Below, piece after piece: positions 9,899 to 19,318 of a stretch of 64,000 bases of DNA. Location of the stretch: the IMG/VR virus record IMGVR_UViG_3300042356_001708, positions 39,561-103,560 of that record; one strand, given 5' to 3'. The notes beneath the pieces were generated by a model, which did not search any database, was not told the origin of the DNA, and saw only the letters and a list, made by a program, of their open reading frames with translations. The position numbers were made by a program, and so were the translations under genes. Numbering within the stretch: the stretch's first letter is position 1; each line of letters opens with the position of its first letter. This DNA comes from a virus.

Positions 9899-11686
9899 TT
9901 AATTTTTCAATGTATTAATTGAATTCATTATTTCATACGCCATATCGGTTTTGTCCATATTATCCCCCATGACTGTTTCAAAGATATTTTTCTTACGAAT
10001 TAAAATGTCATAAATTATCCCTTCAATTGTATTTTCAAAAATTGGGTAATACACTGATACACAATTTTTTTGACCATATCTGTAAGCCCTATCTTCAGCC
10101 TGTGAATGGTCTGAAGGTAAAAATGACAAGTCATTCATAATTACAGCTTCTCCTGCAGTTAAAGTTAACCCGACACCTGCTGCTTTTATATTACCACAAA
10201 AAACCATAACTTTTTCATCTTCTTGGAAATCGTCAACTGCTTTTTGTCTTGCTGGTTTGGTTGTTGTACCATCTAAATAAACTGCTTTTTTACCAAAATG
10301 TTCGTAAATTTTTCTTAATGGTTCAGTGAAATTACTGAATATTATAACTTTTTTACCCTGTTCAATAATGTTTTCGACAATCTCAATTGTGTGAGGAACT
10401 TTCTCTTCAGCAATTACTTGTCTAACTTTAGTTAATTTGGTAAACTGAACAGATACTGAATTTGATTCATTTTGTTTATTATACCAATCATAATATTCTC
10501 CCATTAATTCTTCATAAAATCGGGAGTATAGTCTTAAATAAATTGGAGTAATAATTTTATCGGGTAAATCTAACACGTCAGTTTTCAGTCTTCGTAAAAC
10601 TTGTTTTGAAATCCTATCTCTCAATTCTTCTAAGTTTGACGCTCCTTGAACATTCCAAATCTTTCTTCCTTTACCAACACTAAATTGATATCCTTCACAA
10701 TAACGGATAACATAGGCCATCCAATTTTGGGCGACGGGACTATCAATAATTCTTAAAAGGTTATAGTAATTAATTGGTCGGGAAGTAATTGGTGTCCCCG
10801 TTAACAACCATATTTTTTTAACTTTATCAGTTATGTCATTTATTAATTTAGTTCTTTGTGCCTGAACATTACTTATATAATGTGCTTCGTCAATAATCAC
10901 CAAATCAAATTTAGATTTAAGAATTTGTGAATTTTCTTTATCCTTTGTGTCGTGAAAATTTTTAATGATATCATAATTTGAAATAACAAAATCTGACTCT
11001 TCATATTTCTTACCTTCACAAATATAGATTGACCTATCTGAATAATTTCTAATTTCTCTCTCCCAATTAAGTTTTAAAGATGCGGGACAAATAATCAATA
11101 TTCTTTTAGCACCACTCTCTAACGCTGCAATAATTGTAGATGTGGTTTTACCTAATCCCATATCATCGGCTAAAATAAACTTGTCATAAGCGAGTAGTTT
11201 TTCTATTGCCTCTTTTTGGTGAGATAAAGGAGGTCGGTTTGAATACTTAGAGTAATCAACATTAACCTCATTAACTTTCTGTTCCTTTATGATTGCCACT
11301 TTTGGGACCCAAAAATCGTGAGATGTTTCACCACTGAATATTTTACCCCAAATATGATAGGATTTATCTTTTTCTACCAATAATTTTTCAACATAAATTT
11401 TATCAGGTTCGGAAATAAACGGGTTACTCTCAACTAATTTTTTGGCAAAATAGTTATCAATTTCAACCCACTTTTTGGCAACTTTAGGTTCTTTATTGTG
11501 GAAACTTAGAATATATTCAGCTTGAGCTCTTGTAGGGTAAAACTTTTTATTAACAGACTGTTGTTGTTTTAACCTAAGAATATAGTTATTCGCTCCTGAA
11601 TAATTCTGAAGAATTTCAAGCGCTTCAACCTCTTTTATTTTAATTGAATTTTCTATCTTAAATAGTTTTGATAAAAGATAATACAA
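9899..11686 (-). CDS. SNF2-family helicase/translocase (SMARCAL1/HepA-like)
   Basis: LADDMGLGKT, DEAH, LLTGTP, LRRLK, AAGVGLTL, QAEDRAYRYGQ. Start codon uncertain (TTG at 11686; no nearby ATG). Confidence 0.9.
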   Translation of the reverse strand: MYYLLSKLFKIENSIKIKEVEALEILQNYSGANNYILRLKQQQSVNKKFYPTRAQAEYILSFHNKEPKVAKKWVEIDNYFAKKLVESNPFISEPDKIYVEKLLVEKDKSYHIWGKIFSGETSHDFWVPKVAIIKEQKVNEVNVDYSKYSNRPPLSHQKEAIEKLLAYDKFILADDMGLGKTTSTIIAALESGAKRILIICPASLKLNWEREIRNYSDRSIYICEGKKYEESDFVISNYDIIKNFHDTKDKENSQILKSKFDLVIIDEAHYISNVQAQRTKLINDITDKVKKIWLLTGTPITSRPINYYNLLRIIDSPVAQNWMAYVIRYCEGYQFSVGKGRKIWNVQGASNLEELRDRISKQVLRRLKTDVLDLPDKIITPIYLRLYSRFYEELMGEYYDWYNKQNESNSVSVQFTKLTKVRQVIAEEKVPHTIEIVENIIEQGKKVIIFSNFTEPLRKIYEHFGKKAVYLDGTTTKPARQKAVDDFQEDEKVMVFCGNIKAAGVGLTLTAGEAVIMNDLSFLPSDHSQAEDRAYRYGQKNCVSVYYPIFENTIEGIIYDILIRKKNIFETVMGDNMDKTDMAYEIMNSINTLKN

Positions 11687-11716
11687 AATTGGATATTTAT
11701 CAATAAGTGTATTACT

Positions 11717-12232
11717 ATGGCTAATAATAAAGTTCCAATAACGAGATTAGGTAAATTTTTTGGGGAGTCCGATTTTGATTTAGAATTGGAAATGGGTAAA
11801 GAATGGCTTCACGGGGATATGAATTTTACTTGTGTTTTGTATAAAGTTGATAGATATAGAACTAATACCGATGATGTTTATGGAGAGACTGTTCAAGATG
11901 GAATTAAGTTTCATCCTCCAATTGAATTTAAGGCGTATGTTAAAATTTTGGGAACTGAGAACAAGTATTTAGGTAACTCTAAGATTGAACAACTTGAGCC
12001 AGGAACAATGCAATTAAGTGTATATATTAAAGATTTAGAAGAAATCGGTGTTGATATTGAATACGGAGATTACATTGGTTATTACGAAAAAGAAAATCGT
12101 ATTAGATATTACACAGTTTCAAATGATGGAAGGGTTACTTCAGATAACAAACATAATTATGGAGGTTACAAACCGTATTATAGAACAATAGTATGTGCAC
12201 CTGTAACTAATAACGAATTTAGAGGACTATAA
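11717..12232 (+). CDS. Putative head-closure/neck protein (gp14-like)
   Basis: DDVYGE motif, size, position before the tail terminator and sheath, TATTTAT upstream. Confidence 0.55.
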   Translation: MANNKVPITRLGKFFGESDFDLELEMGKEWLHGDMNFTCVLYKVDRYRTNTDDVYGETVQDGIKFHPPIEFKAYVKILGTENKYLGNSKIEQLEPGTMQLSVYIKDLEEIGVDIEYGDYIGYYEKENRIRYYTVSNDGRVTSDNKHNYGGYKPYYRTIVCAPVTNNEFRGL

Positions 12233-12233
12233 T

Positions 12234-13274
12234 ATGCCATTCCCAAAACAAATTAAAAAAAATATTGATTTAATACCAAATAAAGTTGGTTTGGCGAGAA
12301 GAAAAGAAATGCTTCAAGAAATTGAACAGGATGGTACATTCTTACCAAAATCAGTATTACATGCCGATTTAGATAGAGGATTTTTAGATTTCGTTAAAGA
12401 AAATTTAGGGTTTAGTGTTGAAGGAAAACAAGTCCCTGTTGTTGATATAATTGTTACTACACAGAATTGGGCTCAGTTTACACAAACTTGGAAATTCCAA
12501 GATTTGGATAAAAATGCCTCACCTCCATTTGTAACTGCAATTCGTTCAAATGATATGAAGTATGGCTCAAATCCTTCATTACAATATACGATACCTGTTC
12601 GTAGAGAATTTTTTTACGCATATGTCCCAAGTTTTGACGGGCAAAGAACTACAGTTGACGTTTATCAAATTCCTCAACCAATTCCTGTAGATATCAAATA
12701 TACTTTAAAATTTATTTGTAATAGGGTTAGGGAAATTAATCAATTAAATAAAACTGTACTACAAAATTTTTCTTCAAGACAAGCATATACTCGTGTTAAA
12801 GGACACTATATTCCAATTATTTGGGATAATGTTTCCGATGAGTCAGTTATGGAAATTGAAAAAAGAAAATACTATATAGTTTCTTATGATTTCACTATGT
12901 TAGGATTTTTAATTGATGAAGAAGAATTCGTAATTAAACCAGGTATAACAAGAAATCTACAATTGTTAGAGGCTTCAGGAGGTAGGGCTAGAAGACAACC
13001 AAGAAAACCTCCATTTAATACTGATAAATTTTACGAAAATATTTTATTCAATCCAGGAATTACAATATTATCTGATAAATTCAATGAAAAGGTAAATTTA
13101 AAATTAATTTCAAGTTACAACATTGCAAACTATGAAATTTGGATTAATAACCTATACTATGGTTCAAATAGCAATTACATCCAAGTAAATTCGGGAGATT
13201 CAGTTAGATTTGAAATTACGAAAAAAGATGATAACTTGGAATCTAAATTAGGTTTCCAAAATATCTTAGTTTAA
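12234..13274 (+). CDS. Putative tail terminator/sheath stabiliser (gp15-like)
   Basis: QPIPVDIKYTL...INQLN...YDFTMLGFL pattern; position immediately before the sheath. Confidence 0.55.
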   Translation: MPFPKQIKKNIDLIPNKVGLARRKEMLQEIEQDGTFLPKSVLHADLDRGFLDFVKENLGFSVEGKQVPVVDIIVTTQNWAQFTQTWKFQDLDKNASPPFVTAIRSNDMKYGSNPSLQYTIPVRREFFYAYVPSFDGQRTTVDVYQIPQPIPVDIKYTLKFICNRVREINQLNKTVLQNFSSRQAYTRVKGHYIPIIWDNVSDESVMEIEKRKYYIVSYDFTMLGFLIDEEEFVIKPGITRNLQLLEASGGRARRQPRKPPFNTDKFYENILFNPGITILSDKFNEKVNLKLISSYNIANYEIWINNLYYGSNSNYIQVNSGDSVRFEITKKDDNLESKLGFQNILV

Positions 13275-13426
13275 TTTTCTCCGTAAACATCTTTCACTTC
13301 TTTACACTCTTTCATAATCAACTCTTCTAAAAATCGGTATACTTTATATCCTTTCTTATCACAATATTTTCTTAGCAGTGAGTGAGATTCCTCAGATATT
13401 TTAATGTTCTTGATATTCTTAGACAT
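13271..13426 (-). CDS. 51-aa ribbon-helix-helix (Arc/CopG-like) DNA-binding protein
   Basis: Manual translation MSKNIKNIKISEESHSLLRKYCDKKGYKVYRFLEELIMKECKEVKDVYGEN*: alternating beta strand, helix, Gly turn, helix. Has its own TATTTAT motif on the minus strand at 13462-13468. Confidence 0.75.
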   Translation of the reverse strand: MSKNIKNIKISEESHSLLRKYCDKKGYKVYRFLEELIMKECKEVKDVYGEN

Positions 13427-13438
13427 AGGTAGAAAAAA

Positions 13439-13456
13439 GGCAGAATAAAGTCTGCC
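13439..13456. promoter_or_regulatory. Palindromic putative operator GGCAGA-N6-TCTGCC
   Basis: Perfect 6-bp inverted repeat between the RHH start codon and its promoter motif, with an adjacent degenerate half-site GGTAGA at 13428-13433. Confidence 0.55.
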
Positions 13457-13505
13457 AATTTATAAATATGTTTAACAAAGTAAAGTTTTTTGAGGAAATT
13501 ACAAA

Positions 13506-13512
13506 TATTTAT
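13506..13512 (+). promoter_or_regulatory. Putative late promoter motif TATTTAT (representative copy, upstream of the sheath gene)
   Basis: The same 7-mer occurs on the coding strand upstream of about 15 genes on both strands (see findings). Confidence 0.7.
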
Positions 13513-13544
13513 ATAAAAATAAATTTAAGAAAGAAAAAAAAGTA

Positions 13545-16500
13545 ATGGCAACAGCAAACAAAGTATTCGTTTCACCTGGTGTTTATACATCAGAAAGGGA
13601 CTTGAGCTTTGTAACATCAAGCGTGGGTGTTACAACTTTGGGGTTAGTTGGGGAAGCTACCAAAGGTCCGGCTTTTGAACCAATTTTCATCACAAACTAT
13701 GATGAATTCCAAACTTATTTTGGTGGAACTACTCCTGAAAAATTTGTTAATACACAAATTCCAAAGTATGAAATGGCATATATTGCCAAAGCGTATCTAC
13801 AACAATCAAATCAATTATTCGTAACAAGAGTATTAGGTTTGTCAGGTTATGATGCGGGACCATCATGGTCAATTAAAACCGTAGCCAATGTTGATTCATC
13901 AACTGTTGGTTACACCTATAGTTGCTCAACAACACCAAATTTCTCAGTTGACCCAGCAATCTGTGAAACTAATTGTGTGATAACAGGAACGAGTGAAATC
14001 TCAGTCGCATTTACAGGATGTAGTAACTTTATTTCACAATTATCATTTTTAGACAATTTCCCATCAGATATTGAAGCAAAGTATACAAATACCTACACAC
14101 AATTTGATGGTGGAACTTCTACTTTACAAGATGATTTAAAATCATTTGTCCAAGGAATTTTATCTGATACAACTATGAGCGGTGATTCAATCGCGATTTG
14201 GGGTATTATACCTGGAGATGTTTACAACACTTACACAGGTGCAGGATTTACAAATGTAACTAACGTTATGGGGACTAGTGGAAACTCTTCGTATAACTGT
14301 AGTTTTACTTCACCGATTAATGACACATGGTATTATGGATTATTTGACCCAACGAGTGGTGAAAATTATTCAGGTTATTCTTTTGTTGTGGTTATTGAGA
14401 ATTTGGAATTACTTCCAGTTACAACAACAACTACACCATCACCAACAGTTACTGTAACGTCAACTTACAATCCTTGTGATGTAACACCGACACCTACACC
14501 AACTGTTACTACTACACCAACAACACCTAATGTATGTTACTCAGGAACTATTCATGGTTATGTATTTAACATGTCAGGTTTAACTTATTCTGATTATCAT
14601 GAATTAGTTGTTACAACAATGCGTTCAAGAGGTTTAACATTCTACACTGCAGATTCTAACGGACCATCTTATCAAGTAACAGGTTTAACTTCTGTTGGAT
14701 TAGATTTTAGTGGTAGTTATGCGGCAGTTGAGCAAAACCCATTTGCGCCATTTGCAATTACAGGAACAACTATTGATAATACAAACTTTAATTTAAAAGT
14801 TAGTTTATCTGAAACTGATGCAACCGCAATTAATAAAGTATTAGGTTACGGAAACTTTACAAAACCAAGAACTGAAGTTCCTTTAATGTTAGAAGAAAAT
14901 TATTCAACATTATTGACTTGGGCGTGGAGAAAAGGTTATATCCGTGGTTTAAGTTCTGAATTAGTTGCATTACCTGGATACAGACAAGATTATAACTCAG
15001 GAATATCAATCGCTTGGTATCTTGATAGATACCAAAGTCCATCATCTCCTTGGGTTGTATCTGAATTACGTGGTAATAATGTTTACAAATTGTTTAGATT
15101 TGTATCTATTGCTGATGGTAATTCTGCAAACTTCCAAGTTAAAATGTCAATTGCGAATATTTCATTTGCAAATGGAACATTTGATGTTATTGTAAGAAAT
15201 TACTATGATACTGATGAATCACCTGTGGTTTTAGAGAAATTTACAAATTGTTCTATGGACCCATCATTAAACAACTATATCGCTAAAAAGATTGGTTCTT
15301 CTGATGGTGAGTTTGTATTAAACTCTAAGTACGTAATGGTTGAGGTTGATATTGACGCTCCTGTAGATGCACTTCCTTGTGGATTTGAAGGTTTCAAATC
15401 AAGAGAGTATGCAGGTGCTAAGACAGGTTTCCCAATCTATAAAACTAAATATGATTTCCCTGGTGAAGTATTATACAATCCTCCATTCGGTATAACAGAT
15501 GGTAGTGATGTAGTAATCAGAAGTGGTGGAGATAATGTTAGAAGAACATACTTGGGTATTTCAGATACAATCGGATATGACGGTGACTATTTCCAATATA
15601 AAGGTAAACAAGGACCTCTTGACCCATGTGAAGATACAACTGGAGATGAATGGTCATTCGTATCTAAAGGTTTCCACATGGATAGTGGGGCAACCGTAGT
15701 TTTAATACCTTCAGGTTATACAACTTCAGGTGAATCAGCATTCCAAGTTGGGGCAGGTTCATTTAATTCTGAACCTACCAATAGTTCAAATCCATATTTC
15801 AGATTGTTCTCTCGTAAATTCAGTTTATTAGTTCAAGGTGGTTTTGACGGATGGGATATCTATCGTGAATCAAGAACTAACGGTGACTTATTCCAAGTAG
15901 GACAAAGAGGTTTCCTATATGGAGCTTGTGCGACCGCTCGTTATCCAAACGCATCAGGTGCGGGTATGTTTAAATTAATAACTGTAGGTGATAACACTCA
16001 AGATTGGGCGAATACTGACTACTACGCATACTTGTTAGGTATTAAGACATTTGCAAATCCTGAAGCTAACAACATTAATGTTTTCGCAACACCTGGTATT
16101 GATTGGTTAAACAACTCAAACTTAGTTGAAGAAGCGATTGAAATGATTGAATTTGACAGAGCTGACTCAATTTACGTATTGACAACCCCTGATATCAACT
16201 TGTTTGTCCCAACATTTACAGCGGATGATTTAATCTACCCTCAAGATGTTGTTGACTCATTAGAAGAGACAGGAATTGACTCTAACTATACAGCGACTTA
16301 CTACCCTTGGGTATTGACTCGTGATACAGTTAACAATACACAAATCTACATCCCACCAACTGCGGAAGTTTGTAGAAACTTAGCGTTAACCGATAACATT
16401 GCGTTCCCTTGGTTCGCATCAGCGGGTTACACACGTGGTATTGTAAATGCTGTTAAAGCACGTAAGAAGTTAACTCAAGAAGATAGAGATACTCTATACA

Positions 16501-16901
16501 AAGGAAGAATTAACCCAATCGCAACTTTCTCAGACGTAGGAACTGTAATTTGGGGTAACAAAACTCTTCAAGTTAGAGAATCGGCTCTTGACAGATTGAA
16601 CGTAAGAAGATTATTATTACAAGCTCGTAAGTTGATTTCGGCAGTCGCAGTTAGATTGTTGTTTGAACAAAACGACGCTAAGGTAAGACAAGATTTCTTA
16701 GACGCTGTTAATCCTATCTTAGACTCAATCAGAAGAGACAGAGGTTTATATGATTTCCGTGTAACTGTTTCATCTTCAGCTGAAGACTTGGACAGAAACC
16801 AATTAGTAGGTAAAATCTATGTTAAACCAACTAAATCTTTAGAGTTCATTGATATTGAATTCTTAATAACTCCAACAGGGGCATCATTTGACAATATCTA
16901 A
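13545..16901 (+). CDS. Contractile tail sheath protein with large insertions
   Basis: N-terminal SPGVYTSERD; C-terminal YYPWV, PWFASAGYTRG, LYKGRINPI, WGNKTLQ, LNVRRL, KPTKSLEFI. Confidence 0.95.
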   Translation: MATANKVFVSPGVYTSERDLSFVTSSVGVTTLGLVGEATKGPAFEPIFITNYDEFQTYFGGTTPEKFVNTQIPKYEMAYIAKAYLQQSNQLFVTRVLGLSGYDAGPSWSIKTVANVDSSTVGYTYSCSTTPNFSVDPAICETNCVITGTSEISVAFTGCSNFISQLSFLDNFPSDIEAKYTNTYTQFDGGTSTLQDDLKSFVQGILSDTTMSGDSIAIWGIIPGDVYNTYTGAGFTNVTNVMGTSGNSSYNCSFTSPINDTWYYGLFDPTSGENYSGYSFVVVIENLELLPVTTTTTPSPTVTVTSTYNPCDVTPTPTPTVTTTPTTPNVCYSGTIHGYVFNMSGLTYSDYHELVVTTMRSRGLTFYTADSNGPSYQVTGLTSVGLDFSGSYAAVEQNPFAPFAITGTTIDNTNFNLKVSLSETDATAINKVLGYGNFTKPRTEVPLMLEENYSTLLTWAWRKGYIRGLSSELVALPGYRQDYNSGISIAWYLDRYQSPSSPWVVSELRGNNVYKLFRFVSIADGNSANFQVKMSIANISFANGTFDVIVRNYYDTDESPVVLEKFTNCSMDPSLNNYIAKKIGSSDGEFVLNSKYVMVEVDIDAPVDALPCGFEGFKSREYAGAKTGFPIYKTKYDFPGEVLYNPPFGITDGSDVVIRSGGDNVRRTYLGISDTIGYDGDYFQYKGKQGPLDPCEDTTGDEWSFVSKGFHMDSGATVVLIPSGYTTSGESAFQVGAGSFNSEPTNSSNPYFRLFSRKFSLLVQGGFDGWDIYRESRTNGDLFQVGQRGFLYGACATARYPNASGAGMFKLITVGDNTQDWANTDYYAYLLGIKTFANPEANNINVFATPGIDWLNNSNLVEEAIEMIEFDRADSIYVLTTPDINLFVPTFTADDLIYPQDVVDSLEETGIDSNYTATYYPWVLTRDTVNNTQIYIPPTAEVCRNLALTDNIAFPWFASAGYTRGIVNAVKARKKLTQEDRDTLYKGRINPIATFSDVGTVIWGNKTLQVRESALDRLNVRRLLLQARKLISAVAVRLLFEQNDAKVRQDFLDAVNPILDSIRRDRGLYDFRVTVSSSAEDLDRNQLVGKIYVKPTKSLEFIDIEFLITPTGASFDNI

Positions 16902-16902
16902 T

Positions 16903-17754
16903 ATGAGATTGAATGATAAAAAATTGAACACCTTAATCCTCCGATTGCTGAGAGAATCAGCGTCGGAGGACGGTGTCCATAAGTTAAAATATTATGCATT
17001 TGATTGGGACGATAACCTTATGTATATGCCAACCGTAATTTATTTATTGGATGATAAAGGTAATGAAATAGGAATGTCAACCAAAGATTTTGCAAAGTAT
17101 AGAAGTAAAATTGGTGAAGAACCTTTCCAATACGAGGGTAAAAAAATTGTTGGATATGCTGAAGACAAATATCGTGATTTTGGAACCGAAGGAGATTCAA
17201 AATTTTTAATTGATTCTTTGATTGCACCAGTAGGTCCTGCTTGGGATGATTTTGTAGAATGTATTAACGGAGGTTCAATTTTTTCAATTATTACCGCTCG
17301 TGGACACAATCCTGAAACTCTAAAAGAGGCGTGTTATGATTTAATATTGTCTGGTAGAGACGGATTGAATATGAAATCATTAGTAGATAGTTTAAGAAAA
17401 TATCGTGACCTTTTTGATATGGAGGATATGGAGGATATTGAATTAATATGGGAGTATTTAGGACTATGTAAATTTCACCCAGTTACTTTCGGACAAGGTT
17501 CCGCGGCCAATCCCGAACATCTTAAAAAGATTGCATTTAGAGATTTTTTAAATTATTGTAGAGAACTGGCTAAAGAATTACATTTAAGAGCCATAATTAA
17601 AGACAAAATATCTAATAATTTTATACTAGATTTTCAGTTAGGAGTATCTGACGATGACCCAAAGAATGTTGAAATGTTTGATACTGAATTTGGAGATGAA
17701 CCAGGAGTAAAAGTTTATTCTACTCAATCAGGAAATAAAAGAAAAATTAATTAA
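16903..17754 (+). CDS. HAD-superfamily phosphatase-like protein
   Basis: AFDWDDNL (DxD), SIITARGH, conserved Lys, GVSDDD. ATG at 16903 preferred over the TTG start at 16888. Confidence 0.65.
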   Translation: MRLNDKKLNTLILRLLRESASEDGVHKLKYYAFDWDDNLMYMPTVIYLLDDKGNEIGMSTKDFAKYRSKIGEEPFQYEGKKIVGYAEDKYRDFGTEGDSKFLIDSLIAPVGPAWDDFVECINGGSIFSIITARGHNPETLKEACYDLILSGRDGLNMKSLVDSLRKYRDLFDMEDMEDIELIWEYLGLCKFHPVTFGQGSAANPEHLKKIAFRDFLNYCRELAKELHLRAIIKDKISNNFILDFQLGVSDDDPKNVEMFDTEFGDEPGVKVYSTQSGNKRKIN

Positions 17755-17880
17755 TAAATTATTATTTAATACTGGAACTGGAACTAGTAGAAGTTTAGAT
17801 TAAAAAAAACAAAAGTAAATAGAAAAAAATGCTAACCGCACTATTTATAAGTAATAAAACAAAATTAAAAATATAAAACA

Positions 17881-18369
17881 ATGGCTGATTTACTGATGAA
17901 AATGCCGGTTCCTTACGAACCCAAAAGACAAAACAGATTCATTTTGAGATTCCCTTCATCTTTAGGGATTAATGAGTGGTTCGTGGAATCAACATCAAGA
18001 CCAAATATAAAAATTAATTCAACTGAAATTCAATTTTTAAATACTTCAACATATGTTGCGGGTAGATTTACTTGGAATGAAATTAATGTTAAGTTCCGTG
18101 ACCCAATCGGACCTTCTGCGGCTCAAGCTTTAATGGAATGGGTTCGTTTACATGCTGAATCTGTTACAGGACGTATGGGATACGCAGCTGGATATAAGAA
18201 AGATATTGATTTGGAATTGTTAGACCCAACAGGAGTTGTTGTTGAGAAATGGATTCTACAAGGAACTTTCTTAACAAATGTGAACTTTGATAGTTTGAAT
18301 TACTCTCAAGACGCTTTGGCAACAATTTCGGCAAGTCTAAGACCTGACCGTTGTATCTTAGTATACTAA
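17881..18369 (+). CDS. Tail tube protein (T4 gp19-like)
   Basis: EPKRQNRF, YVAGRFTW, EWVR, YKKDIDLELLDPTG..VEKW.LQG; 162 aa; follows the sheath. Confidence 0.9.
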   Translation: MADLLMKMPVPYEPKRQNRFILRFPSSLGINEWFVESTSRPNIKINSTEIQFLNTSTYVAGRFTWNEINVKFRDPIGPSAAQALMEWVRLHAESVTGRMGYAAGYKKDIDLELLDPTGVVVEKWILQGTFLTNVNFDSLNYSQDALATISASLRPDRCILVY

Positions 18370-18395
18370 AATTTATTATTTATTAATAAAAATTT

Positions 18396-18430
18396 GTTCC
18401 ATATACTTATGTGTATGGAACTTTTTTTTT
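18396..18430 (+). terminator. Intrinsic terminator after the tail tube gene
   Basis: GTTCCATATAC-TTAT-GTGTATGGAAC followed by T9. Confidence 0.8.
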
Positions 18431-18528
18431 CAGGTAATACCGAATTTGTATGTCCAACTTGTGGTAAAAAATTTGAAACACAAGAAGAATTTGATAATAG
18501 ACATAACAAAAAAGAGAATAAGGATTGA
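18415..18528 (+). CDS. 37-aa zinc-finger-like peptide
   Basis: MELFFSGNTEFVCPTCGKKFETQEEFDNRHNKKENKD*: F-x-C-x2-C-x3-F as in C2H2 fingers, but only one His. Confidence 0.45.
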   Translation: MELFFSGNTEFVCPTCGKKFETQEEFDNRHNKKENKD

Positions 18529-18568
18529 TTTATTTCCTTAACTATTTATTTTTTTAAAAAAAAATACT

Positions 18569-19318
18569 ATGGACCAAACATCTCAATATGGACAAATGAA
18601 TTTTAGTCTACCACATGATGTAGTACCACTACCATCAAAGGGTAAATTTTATGCAAATAAAAAGAAAAGTTTAAAGATTGGGTATTTAACCGCAGCCGAC
18701 GAAAACATTTTAATGGGAGGGAGCACCAAAGAAGGATTAATGATGACTTTACTAAGAAATAAAATTTATGAACCAGACATCAGACCTGAAGAACTATTAA
18801 ATGGTGATGTTGAGGCGATTATGGTCTTTCTAAGAAACACATCATTTGGTCCTCAATATAATATTAAAGCGACTGACCCTGAAACAGGAAAACAATTTAG
18901 TACTGAATTAATTTTGACTGAGTTATACACTAAAGATACTCAGGTTGAACCAAATGACGAAGGTTTTTTTGAAACGGTTTTACCAAAATCAGGTTCAAAA
19001 GTTCTATTAAGACCTCTTACTGCTGGTGATAGTGCTGAAATTGACAGGATTATTGATTCGTACCCAGCTGGTAGAGTTGCTCCAAGACAAACTTTAAGAT
19101 TGTCAAAAATGATTGTTGAGATTGACGGAATTAGAAATAAGGAAGAACTTTCAAAATACATTGATAATATGCCAATTATGGATTCAAAACACATAAAGAA
19201 TTTTATGCTTGAAAATGAACCAAGATTGGATTTAAGACAAACAGTTATAGCCCCGTCAGGAAAAGAGGTCGTCGTAGATATTCTCTTTGGGGTTGAGTTT
19301 TTTCGTCCTTTCTTCTGA
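18569..19318 (+). CDS. Tail/baseplate-hub assembly chaperone (T4 gp26-like)
   Basis: VPLPSKGKFY, YLTAADENIL, LLNGD...FLRNTSFG, LPKSG..V.LRPLT, ending EFFRPFF. Lies between the tube and tape-measure genes. Confidence 0.75.
   Translation: MDQTSQYGQMNFSLPHDVVPLPSKGKFYANKKKSLKIGYLTAADENILMGGSTKEGLMMTLLRNKIYEPDIRPEELLNGDVEAIMVFLRNTSFGPQYNIKATDPETGKQFSTELILTELYTKDTQVEPNDEGFFETVLPKSGSKVLLRPLTAGDSAEIDRIIDSYPAGRVAPRQTLRLSKMIVEIDGIRNKEELSKYIDNMPIMDSKHIKNFMLENEPRLDLRQTVIAPSGKEVVVDILFGVEFFRPFF

Noticed and set aside
11640-11690. Non-canonical ATA start for the SNF2 gene near 11656
   Set aside because: Plausible because no ATG is nearby, but it cannot be distinguished from the TTG at 11686 without homologue alignment.
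17771-17790. ACTGGA-ACTGGA-ACTAG short direct repeat upstream of the tube gene
   Set aside because: Too short and seen only once; no function can be supported.
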